The notes under the pieces: model-generated
Told to the model about the DNA's origin: nothing
Database searches by the model: none
What the model saw: only the letters and a program-made list of their open reading frames with translations
Source: Eledone cirrhosa
Taxonomy: Eukaryota
Assembly: GCA_964016885.1 (NCBI GenBank)
Contig: OZ024763.1
Span: forward strand, 13,330,001-13,394,000
Direction: 5' to 3'
Length of the DNA stretch: 64,000 nt
In this document: piece by piece, positions 11,340 to 22,491 of the stretch
Layout of the letters: every line of letters begins with the position of its first letter
How positions within the stretch are numbered: position 1 is the stretch's first letter
Translations under genes and position numbers: made by a program

Positions 11340-13690
11340 TTGACGAACTACATAGACGGCTTTCTTAAGAAGCCGTTGAAAAGGTTATTATTTCCCTCCG
11401 CCTCCTACCCACGAAAATATGGGACTTAATTCAGGATTATTACATTCTCAACATCCATAAATTCTCCAGGCGTATTGTCACTTTATTGCAATCAACCGCC
11501 GGCCGGCAACTTAAATTACCTGTTGCGTACGACAACGAAGTTACTTACAAATTAAGACTGGAAAAGGTATGTATGTTAAATATATCATTTTTTAATTTTC
11601 TGAACGCGTAACTACAGTTTAATACCCACTTCCTCCCCAGCAAATTTGTTTCATCATGACTTTCATAATAAGGTATTTTTTAGAAGTGTACATTTAAAAA
11701 AAATATTAAATAATATAAATATACATAAATAACATTACAAATTTCAGGGGGAAGGGACACATAAGGCTAAATAAAATGGCAGAATACGTTGGCTGTTGAC
11801 AGGCGCGTGTTGGAGGCGAGGAATCAAAGTTCTTAATTTATGATTATACGCAAAACGTCACAATCTTTTCTCAAAACCCACCCAAAACGTCATTTTGACG
11901 TTTTGGGTGGCAATTTGAGTATGGACGTCACCTCTTAATTGGTAATGAAAATATAAATAAACTTTTGTGTTAAATCTGTGTTGTTATTTTTAACATTACC
12001 TGTCTTCGTAGTAATAATAATAATAATTAAATTATTGTGTACAGTGCTCAGGTGCACTACAACTCACCAGAGTACATATAATTGTTTCTACTTTTGGCAC
12101 AAGGCCAGCAAATACTCAGTGCATTACTGGTACTTTATTTTAAGACAATTTGAAATCTTTTACACTAACAATTAAAAGACAAGTTAAAATCATTTAGTAG
12201 TCCATTCGTAACGTACGTTACGCTTAACTTACATACAAACACATCTACACGTAAATACATAAACAGACAACACAAGTGCATATACACACACACACACAAA
12301 CATCTACTCATACATATTCATAAATAGATACATTATACAAAATAATTATTACATACACATCTATGAATGATTGAGGAAGGAAGGGGCTGGTGGAACACTA
12401 TAGCGATGTGTGTTGCGTCCCTTTAGGGTTTTCCAGCTACATTTATTCGATTTTTTTCAATTTATTTTCTTATATCACAAATATATAGCCTAAGTCGAAT
12501 AGGTCGGCGGAGGGTGGACATTCCAGAGGGCCATCATTCGGAGCAAGAAGGGTTGAGCCATAGTGATTAACGCATAGCTGGAGTTGGGGATGTGTGGGTT
12601 AGGCAGGGTGGGGAGAAAGCGATATGGTAGTCAGGTGGGCGAAAGTTAGAGTACCAACTTTCTAGGTGAGAATTTGGTGTAGTTGTTAGCACAGAGGCCT
12701 GTGTGTAGGGGTCAGTCGGAGTACACACCGTATGAAATGACGGAGAAAGATGCTAATTTTCCTCAAATGGAAGACGAAAGCCAAATTAGTCATCCATATC
12801 ATACCTTCGTTTGTAATTTCATTGAAAATACAGTTTTTCCGCGGTATTCATGGGGGATTACATTCCTAGAGCACCTGTGAAGAAAAATGCCTATAAATGT
12901 ACATAAAAATGGCTACAAATGTCAAAATATAATGTAAAATATAAGCAGACAAATATGGTATATTGTTGTTAATAATTTAGCGTGAAAAAATATATATTAA
13001 CACGATAAAAGCCATTAAAATAATTGTGGAAGATATTTACAATTCCGCGAATATGCGGTGGTTTTCACGGACAATTATTAGTTAGGTTCTAAGGAAAATT
13101 CCGCAAATAACCGGGATTGCTAATGCCGAGGGTCCACTGTACATGTAGTAAGCAAAGGCACTACTAACCGTGGCGGAACAATTGGGTTGCGCTTGGTAAG
13201 TCGCCAGGCCTAGAAATACCAGGTACTTACTTCCGCCCAGCTAAAAAAATTGGGCCCTTTTTTTTTTACTTCTAAACAGTTGCTGCTTTCATTTCGTGGA
13301 GACAAGACCTAACTAATTACATTCCCGGTCGATACTAACAAGATGTAGCACTGAACAAGAAACTTTGGCCCTCGCGGCAAGGGCCCAGCAACATTCTTCC
13401 CTTATTTCAAATAAATTTTTATTCAACTTAATAATGCGGTATGCTACCAGCTTTTCAATCTCTTAGCAGTTTATTGTAATATTTTATGAAAAAAAAAAAT
13501 TCTTTGTCATGTTTTAACGGCCATCTGATAATTTCCGCCACCATTGAATCTTCACACATTTAAAAAATATTTCTTCTGAGATGATCTCTCAAAACTATAA
13601 ATATTTCGTCTGCTAAAGTGTTGACCCCAACGTGATATGGGAAAAATCACTTTCCACAAAGTAATATCACTTTGCACCACAACAAGTGAG
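11340..13690 (+). promoter_or_regulatory. Candidate promoter and 5'-UTR exon region of the RmlC/D gene
   Basis: Mostly non-repetitive and locally CpG-richer DNA with consensus donors AAG|gtatgt (11566), TG|gtaagt (about 13195) and AA|gtgagt (13685). Coding exon 1 has an acceptor upstream of its ATG, which implies a non-coding exon. I cannot tell which donor is used. Confidence 0.3.
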
Positions 13691-14818
13691 TACAGTTTTT
13701 GTTTCCTTAAAGTTGGCATAACTTCTCTTAATTCACTGAGATCAACTTCACTTACTCACTTGCCAACAACAACAGCTAACTAAAAAAAATGTTCTGCTAA
13801 ATACACAACACATAAGGGAGTCATAGGGACACTGTATTGATATACAGTGCATCTAGGGCATTTTAAAAACCAGGCTTGAATACAGCAGATTTCTTCCAGA
13901 GAAGGATAGAGAGAGTAAGAGAATGGAAGTGATAAAAATATATGGTGGAAGAATCAACCCCAGTACTTGACTGGTACTTTTTTTTATCGACCTTGAATGG
14001 ATAAAAGGCAAAGTTGACCTCGGCGGGATTTGAACTCAGAGTGCAGAAACGAATACCACATCCGACCTACTAACGACTGTCAATTCGCCACGGGATATTA
14101 ATAATACATAGACACATATACGAGATATTAATCAAATTTTGCTTAAATTGACAGCTAAATGTCATTTTACATATTGCGTAAACGGGCTTCCATCATTTTT
14201 TTCAACTTTGAGGATATATTTCAAGAAAGATAACTTATGTCTACACGATTTACTTCCCTTTGACGGTAAATTGAGGAAAATATATTTAAATAATTTCTCA
14301 GCCCCTCTACCACTGCACCCTAGTCCCAGAGCCCAATCACCGTCCCTACTCCCTCCACATTCTTCTGTGATACGAGTCCTTGTCATTCCCTCCTCTTTCC
14401 GTTTTTTTTCTTTTTCTCTTTTTTTGTTTATATTTTCCTATTTTACATTCCATTCTTCTCAATCTAAATTTTCTTTTTTTTTCTTTTTCTCATCATCATC
14501 ATCATCGTCGTTTAACGTCCATCTTCTACGCTAGCATGGGTTAGACGGGTGTGTCCCATTTAGAGGCAAATTGGGTCGGGTGACCGTGTCTCTCTCATAT
14601 AGGACTGTTTCTGTCTGGTTTTCTACAGTTGGATGCCCTTCCTAGCGCCTGTCACATTTACAGTGTGGGCTGGGCGCTTTTTGTCATGACACCTACAAAA
14701 CGACTTTACAGTGTGGACTGGATGTTTTGGGATACCAACATAATATATATATAACAAACAAATAGTTTATCGCTCTACATAGCTGAATACAATGAATGTA
14801 ATCTGAGTTTTTTTAATA

Positions 14819-14843
14819 TCTATACATATATATCAAACTGTAG

Positions 14844-14883
<40 letters not shown>

Positions 14884-16213
14884 TCATTTTTGCAAAGTCT
14901 ATACAAAGCCACATTTCTACTCCGATTGACTTCAAAGCTGCATTTAAATATTCCTTGCGATCTAAAGATATTAACTGCAGCTTTTATTTTTCAATTTTCT
15001 GTTGTTAAAGGGGTGTTAGGCACCGGTTATCGATCACCGTCGAGCCCTTATAATATCTGTCTGTATATCTGCTGTCTGTAATACGACATTTTGACAAACA
15101 TTGATGACGTATTATGTTTGCTATTTTCCGTTCATTGCCAGGGAACGGCTTCACGAACCAAAGTATCGTCTTACTGTTTTCCTTCAGTTGCAACGTTTTT
15201 CGAAATATTTACTTCTGCGTTCACAGATTGATTTTTTTTTTTAGTTTCAGAAGATCCCGTTAAGGGTGAAAGCAGCGATTCTTTGCTTAAACTTTAATCT
15301 GTTATTTTAGTATATAATATAAGTGAGGCAAGCCAGCCCAGTTGCCACTTCTTGCCAATAAACATTAGCCCTTTGTGCGCCATTCATCTAACTGTAGACC
15401 AACAAATACCAACTAAACAGAGCGTTGACAAGAACGATGGCGAATGAATCTTCGGGGTAAGCAGTTTCCTCCTGAGCTGTTAGTTCACGAGGGATTCTCT
15501 GCTACACCTTTTCGTAATAATTGTTTCTACTTTTGGCACAAAGCCAGCAATTATCCCAGTGTATTACTGGTACTTTATTTTATCGACCCCGTAAGGATGA
15601 AAGGCAAAGTTAACCTCGGTGGGATTTGAACTCGGACCATAAAGGGCTCTAACTCTTTGCTGAAAAGCATGGCGTTCGACCCTCTACCGATTCTGCCAAT
15701 CCACTGCCCTTTTTCATAATAATACCGAACAACGTACTGCTGAGCACTCCTTCCTCCAAAACCCGAACAAAGCGGACATGTGCATCGGGCAGATGGATCA
15801 GGTGCAAATCTACACCAGGCCTATGCCAGAAATTCGCAAGGAACTGCATCGGGAGGGATAGAGACAAAGAGTAATTTAGTGGAAAGGTGCGAATGAACTT
15901 TTGAGGTACGTAGCCTACGCCTTACTGCTATTGCACTGGAACCTTCTGCCAACTTAACCTGTGACTTTCTCTTTCACATTTACTCCAAAAGGCCAAAACA
16001 GAGGAGTATGAAAAGAAGAGGCTCAACAATATTTCTATGAACAATGCACGTAGACAGCTAAACTGTACTTTCAACTTAATTTTCTCCAAATAAAACAAGT
16101 TTCCTGTTGGTATATTTTCGTGAGTTTTTAACAGGCACTCACAAATAAACGTTTCTCATTGGAGTAGCTATTACCAATGTTCTTACCCGTGCAACGCCGG
16201 GATACACTGCTAG
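14819..16213 (+). mobile_element. Complete non-autonomous Helitron, about 1.4 kb, with a nested SINE
   Basis: Starts TCTATA followed by (TG)n. Ends with the hairpin cccgtgcaacgccggg and CTAG. Inserted between A and T with no TSD. The rejoined flanks match the reverse complement of the repeat at about 16450-16550. Confidence 0.8.
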
Positions 16214-16306
16214 TTAATAACAATATTCGATTTGTTTGTAATTATGCAAACAGCCTCTTTAAAGCCATGTCTCATAAGCCCTGATGGTGAGTAAATTAAT
16301 ATATGT

Positions 16307-16364
<58 letters not shown>

Positions 16365-16366
<2 letters not shown>

Positions 16367-16910
16367 CTTTCCTAATACTACTCTAAATTGGTAAATCCCA
16401 CTCTATATTTGAATGACAGACTCATTCTACTGACAGGGTTTTAAAGAGGCTGTTTGCATAATTGCAAACGAAGCGAATATTATTATTAATATTCGAAAAA
16501 CTCAGATTACATTTATTATATTCAGCCATGTAGAGCGATAAACTATTTGTTAGTTATTGGAATATGGCAAAGCCGGCCATTAATCACTTGTATAGATGAA
16601 ACTGACTGGCCTATCTGCTGATATGCAGATCTGACTGATCAGCCAGTCTGCTAATATGCAAATCAGGCCGATCAGTCACTGTATATTTTAGAAAATATCA
16701 TATTTTCACTAGCTCTGACAGTTTGGCAGGTGAACGGTGAGCTGTACTGATGAAGGGTAATCACCCAGAAATATTAGTGTCTGCAGTTCTGTTTATATGC
16801 CAACGCAGGAGCTAGAATGATGGGGGTCATTCTACTGCCATGGCTTTAAAATTGAGGCTTGTTTGCATAATTGCAAATGAATCGAATATTACTATTAATA
16901 TTTGAAATAT
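16365..16910 (+). mobile_element. Hammerhead-bearing dispersed repeat (Penelope pLTR/retrozyme-like); second copy at 49763-50370
   Basis: Two similar copies, each with an internal direct repeat about 410 bp apart (gtttgcataattgcaa) and a hammerhead motif. Confidence 0.55.
16741..16787 (+). ncRNA. Minimal type I hammerhead ribozyme motif
   Basis: gctgta-CTGATGA-a ggg taatca ccc a-GAAA-tattagtg-TC-tgcagt. GUC cleavage triplet and 6-bp stem I. Confidence 0.65.
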
Positions 16911-16959
16911 CGCCCTCCTCATCAAGCAAGCTTGGTAGGATTGCCGGTTTAGTCGCTGA

Positions 16960-18570
16960 CAACCCGACCATGAGACAGGTTTACTGAGTTACATGTTACT
17001 AGTAGCACCTGACCATGAGACAGGTTTACTGAGTTACATGTTACTAGACGACCCGACCATGAGACAGGTTTACTTAGTTACATGTTACTAGTAGCACCCG
17101 ACCATGAGACAGGTTTACTGAGTTACATGTTACTAGTAGCACCTGACCATGAGACAGGTTTACTGAGTTACATGTTACTAGTAGCACCTGACCATGAGAC
17201 AGGTTTACTGAGTTACATGTTACTAGTAGCACCCGACCATGAGACAGGTTTACTGAGTTACATGTTACTAGTAGCACCCGACCATGAGACAGGTTTACTG
17301 AGTTACATGTTACTAGACGACCCGACCATGAGACAGGTTTACTGAGTTACATGTTACTAGTAGCACCTGACCATGAGACAGGTTTACTGAGTTACATGTT
17401 ACTAGACGACCCGGCCATGAGACAGGTTTACTGAGTTACATGTTACTAGTAGCACCTGACCATGAGACAGGTTTACTTAGTTACATGTTACTAGTAGCAC
17501 CTGACCATGAGACAGGTTTACTGAGTTACATGTTACTAGACGACCCGACAATGAGACAGGTTTACTGAGTTACATGTTACTAGTAGCACCCGACCATGAG
17601 ACAGGTTTACTGAGTTACATGTTACTAGTAGCACCTGACCATGAGACAGGTTTACTGAGTTACATGTTACTAGTAGCACCTGACCATGAGACAGGTTTAC
17701 TGAGTTACATGTTACTAGTAGCACCTGACCATGAGACAGGTTTACTGAGTTACATGTTACTAGTAGCACCTGACCATGAGACAGGTTTACTGAGTTACAT
17801 GTTACTAGTAGCACCCGACCATGAGACATGTTTACTGAGTTACATGTTACTAGTAGCACCTGACCATGAGACAGGTTTACTGAGTTACATGTTACTAGAC
17901 GACCCGACCATGAGACAGGTTTACTGAGTTACATGTTACTAGTAGCACCCAACCATGAGATAGGTTTACTGAGTTACATGTTACTAGACGACCCGACCAT
18001 GAGACAGGTTTACTGAGTTACATGTTACTAGTAGCACCCAACCATGAGATAGGTTTACTGAGTTACATGTTACTAGTAGCACCCGACCATGAGACAGGTT
18101 TACTGAGTTACATGTTACTAGACGACCCGACAATGAGACAGGTTTACTGAGTTACATGTTACTAGACGACCCGACCATGAGACAGGTTTACTGAGTTACA
18201 TGTTACTAGTAGCACCCGACCATGAGACAGGTTTACTGAGTTACATGTTACTAGACGACCCGACCATGAGACAGGTTTACTGAGTTACATGTTACTCGTA
18301 GCACCCGACCATGAAACAGGTTTACTGAGTTACATGTTACTAGTAGCACCCAACCATGAGACAGGTTTACTGAGTTACATGTTACTAGACGACCCGACCA
18401 TGAAACAGGTTTACTGAGTTACATGTTACTCGTAGCACCCAACCACGAGACAGGTTTACTGAGTTACATGTTACTAGTAGCACCCAACCATGAGACAGGT
18501 TTACTGAGTTACATGTTGCTAGACGACCCGACCATGAGACAGGTTTACTGAGTTACATGTTACTAGTAGC
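16960..18570. repeat. 44/45-bp minisatellite, about 36 units
   Basis: Unit gaccatgagacaggtttactgagttacatgttactag(tagcacct|acgaccc). Confidence 0.97.
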
Positions 18571-18807
18571 CCCCCCCCCCCCGAGTGTGACCTGTCATAA
18601 TACATACATATGTGTACACCCATACAGTAAGTGTTGCTTCCCTTCCCTCCTTCAAGCTGTAGTCTATTATTACAGCTGCTGGTGTCCTCTACAACACACC
18701 TATTTGAGATCTTGCTTGTGTTTAGGTAAGAAATATTCCTGGTGTTGTTTTATGTGTGTGTAGACTTCTATATATGTATGTATGTAATATATGCATGTAT
18801 ATATATG

Positions 18808-18852
<45 letters not shown>

Positions 18853-18937
18853 CTGTATGTATATATGTAATATATGCATGTATATATATATATGTATGTG
18901 TATGTATGTATGTATGTATGTATATATATGCATATAT

Positions 18938-19533
18938 GTCAGGTCACCAGTTGGTGCTACTGGTAACATGTATCCCAGTACAACCTGTCTCATGGTCGGG
19001 TCGTTGGCGACTAAACTGGCAACCCCCACCAAGGTTTCTTGGTGAGGAGGGTGACTTTGGACATCCTGCAGGACTAAAAACAAAACCTGTCAAAGGGCAA
19101 GGGAGCTCTTAAGAGTCAATAGCCATCCAAAATCACCGGGAGAGATGACCCCTTAGCCTTTGTCAAGGCAGAATTCTAGGAGAAGGAAAACTCTGATATA
19201 ACACCTGCAACCCTGATGGTATCCAATGATGTTGACTTGTTCTTCTTTTTGGTAAATATCATCTTGGTTAAGAGAGTGGGACTGGCTTTGCTCACTATAA
19301 AAGCTTCACGGCACAGGCATTGCTTTATATCTGGAGATCTCTCTGCACTTGTCATCACATGGTACCATGGGCCCTGCACTATGTGTCAATAATGGTCACA
19401 AGTGTAGCCTTTGTACCAGAGTTTTCAAGTCGCTGGCTGGACTAAAAAGTCACATTCATTCAGCGCGTCGGTAGGGGTTCTCCTACATGGATATAAAGTA
19501 GTGGCCGTACTCGAAAACGAGTTGGCAGCCACC
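18938..19533 (+). mobile_element. About 600-bp dispersed non-autonomous element with a C2H2 remnant
   Basis: Near-identical inverted copy at 63117-63727. Partial copies at 41547-41895, 62000-62160, 40715-40850 and 58400-58600. Encodes the remnant [20 protein letters not shown]. Confidence 0.75.
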
Positions 19534-19642
19534 ATATGCATATATATGTATGTATATATATATATATATATGTATGTATATGTATGTATGTATGTATGTG
19601 TATGTATATATATATATATGTATGTATGTATATGTATGTATG

Positions 19643-19677
<35 letters not shown>

Positions 19678-20081
19678 ATGTATGTATGTATGTATGTATA
19701 TATATATGTATGTATGTATGTATGTATATGTATGTATGTATATATATATATATATATCCAAACCCATGCAAGCGTGGAACATGGACGTTAAACGATGATG
19801 ATGATGATGATGATGATATGTATGTATATATATATGTATGTATATATGTATGTATGTATGTATGTATGTGTGTATGTATGTGTGTATATATATATATATA
19901 TATGTATGTATGTGTATGTATGTATGCATGTATATATGTATGCATGTATATATATATGCATGTATATATATATGCATGTATATATATGCATATATGCATG
20001 TATGTATATGCATGTATGTATGTATATATATGTATGTATATGCATGTATGTATATGTATGTATATATATGTATGTATATGC

Positions 20082-20112
<31 letters not shown>

Positions 20113-20583
20113 TGTATGTGTATATATGTATGTCCAGGTAGAAGGAGCAACGTGAAAAAAATGTCTTGTTCAAGGACATAACGCATCGCTAGATCCAGGA
20201 ATCGAACAGACAACCTCACGATTGCGTGTTCTCTAACCAATCAGCCACATGCCTTCACATATATGTAAATGAGGTTGGTGTTAGGAAGGGCATCCAGCTG
20301 TAGAAATCAAACCAGAATCAGTTTCCATATGGGCAAGACATGGTCAGCTGACCGGGCACTGCCCACAACAGGACAACCCGTCTAACCCATGCTATCGTGG
20401 AAGAATTGACATAAAACGGTGATGATGATATATATGTGTGTATATGTGTGTATATGTGTGTGTGTGTGTATATATATAAACTTCATTTGTATATGTATAA
20501 ACTTGTGTATATGTATAAACTTCATTTGCATGTTATTTTTTCTTGTCATTCATTGGTCAGCTAGTGGAGTGTTTTGGTAGAAA

Positions 20584-20751
20584 ATGGTAGAAGTGTTTCA
20601 AACCCATATTAAGGATGTCTTCATCTGCAAAATTAAGAAATTCAATGACCACCGTGGTATGCTGTGTGAGTTATTCAACATGGAGAAATATCCTGAAGTG
20701 ATAAAGAAATTCTTTCCATCACAACAGATTACCTACGTGACTAATAAAAAG
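20584..20751 (+). CDS. rmlC: RmlC/D coding exon 1 ([32 protein letters not shown]...TNKK)
   Basis: ATG in gaaaATGG context, preceded by an acceptor cattggtcag ending at 20560. RmlC N-terminal F-x-D-x-RG-x-x-x-E motif. Donor AAG|gtaagc. Confidence 0.85.
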
Positions 20752-21895
20752 GTAAGCTATATTTATACGCTCACACACACTCACACACACACACACACAC
20801 ACCCACACCCACACCCACACCACACCACACACACACACACACACGTATTAATGTTGTTATGCAGACATACAGACAGATATTATAAGGGCGCAACGTTATA
20901 TCTATGTATCTATCTAAAAAGAGGAGTTGTAGAGAGAGATCGCTAAATCGCCTAATGCGGTCCGTAGGGCATTGAAAATTTGAAATTTCTTTTGCTCAAA
21001 ACACTCACAGGACCATAAGTATTACATGTGTAAAGTTCGAAAACAATCGGTTGGGTGGTTCTCGAGTTTTAGTGATCGGACAGACAGACAGACAGACATT
21101 TTTTGTTTTAGATATATAGATATGTAAAGATCCACCTAAGTGTACTTAGAGTGCAAAACTAACAAAGAAAAAATTCTATTTCTACCTAAGTATGCTTGTG
21201 GTTTCCTCTAATCTTAGATTGTAATTAGGAAGGAGATATCTGATATCTACCCACCTGGGTCATGAGGAGGTTAAGAAGATAAGATATGTCATATATATTC
21301 TATGTTTACACGAGATAACTGCCAATACTGGAATTAAACTATCAAGACCGTTGGGGTATGTCATACATCAATTCATGTATTTTATCTGACGAGGATGTAC
21401 TGAAAAAAACAGCACAGTACCTTCGAAATATATATAATAAAACATATATTTTGATTATGTGAATGTCTTCATTTATTATTATTCTGAATAATAATAACTC
21501 CAGAAAACTTTTTTGTAGAGTGCTTTTCTTTTAATCTATTGTAAAACTATATTGAGATCTGTGTTATATATAAATTTAAAACACACACTCATACACTCAT
21601 TCATCTCTCTATATATATATATATATTTTGAGTATATGTTGGTTGTATACCAACACCTCAGTATGCAGATTCGAGCACTCGACGTAGTGCGCAGGTTGGT
21701 TTGGTTACTCCAGAGTACTGTAAAATAAAATTAAAATTTGGCTTCGTTTATTACTGCTATATATATTTCGGTGACAGCCATCTTTGGCTGTGACCTCTTC
21801 AGGCAGTCCGAATTAGTGTGGTAGAGACGAGTACACATGTTGTTGAGGTGTATAACTTTGTCAAACCCTGATATGCCCAGTTCCTGGTTGGGTTG

Positions 21896-21927
<32 letters not shown>

Positions 21928-22453
21928 TACGGGACACATGTGCATGCCCCACATGTAACTATTGCATACACTAACTACTTCTAACTATCCTCTTCCATCA
22001 TCTTCTCTTCGTAAACTGCCAGTGTTGTATTATAACTTTAATTTTGTTGTAATTCTCTTTTAATATGACTTTAATCTTTGAATGTAAACTGCCATGCTTA
22101 AATATTATAATGGATGTCACCCCACTGTGCATCGATATATACATATGTTTCTGTATGTCTCTTGTGTTGGAAAAGAGGTCATGTATGTAAACAATCATTG
22201 AAAAATTGCTCCGAAGACTCCAAACCCCGGTTTGGAAGAAACAATTGTAAGTGAATAAATGATTTGAACATAGCTTTGATTCATGTAATTTCTATATAAC
22301 TGCTCTGTAGAACAACTGATGTTATTACATTGAGCTATTTATCTTACTGGTAATAAGGTAGTAATAAATTACTGTCTTTCACTGTTTAGAGTTTAAAATA
22401 TATATAACTATAAAAGGTTTTAGTATATACATAACCATAAATAGTATCCTTAA

Positions 22454-22491
<38 letters not shown>

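Noticed and set aside
16960-18570. CRISPR-like appearance of regular arrays (also 5040-6320 and 29470-30228)
   Set aside because: Head-to-tail repeats with no unique spacers and no cas genes, in a eukaryotic context.
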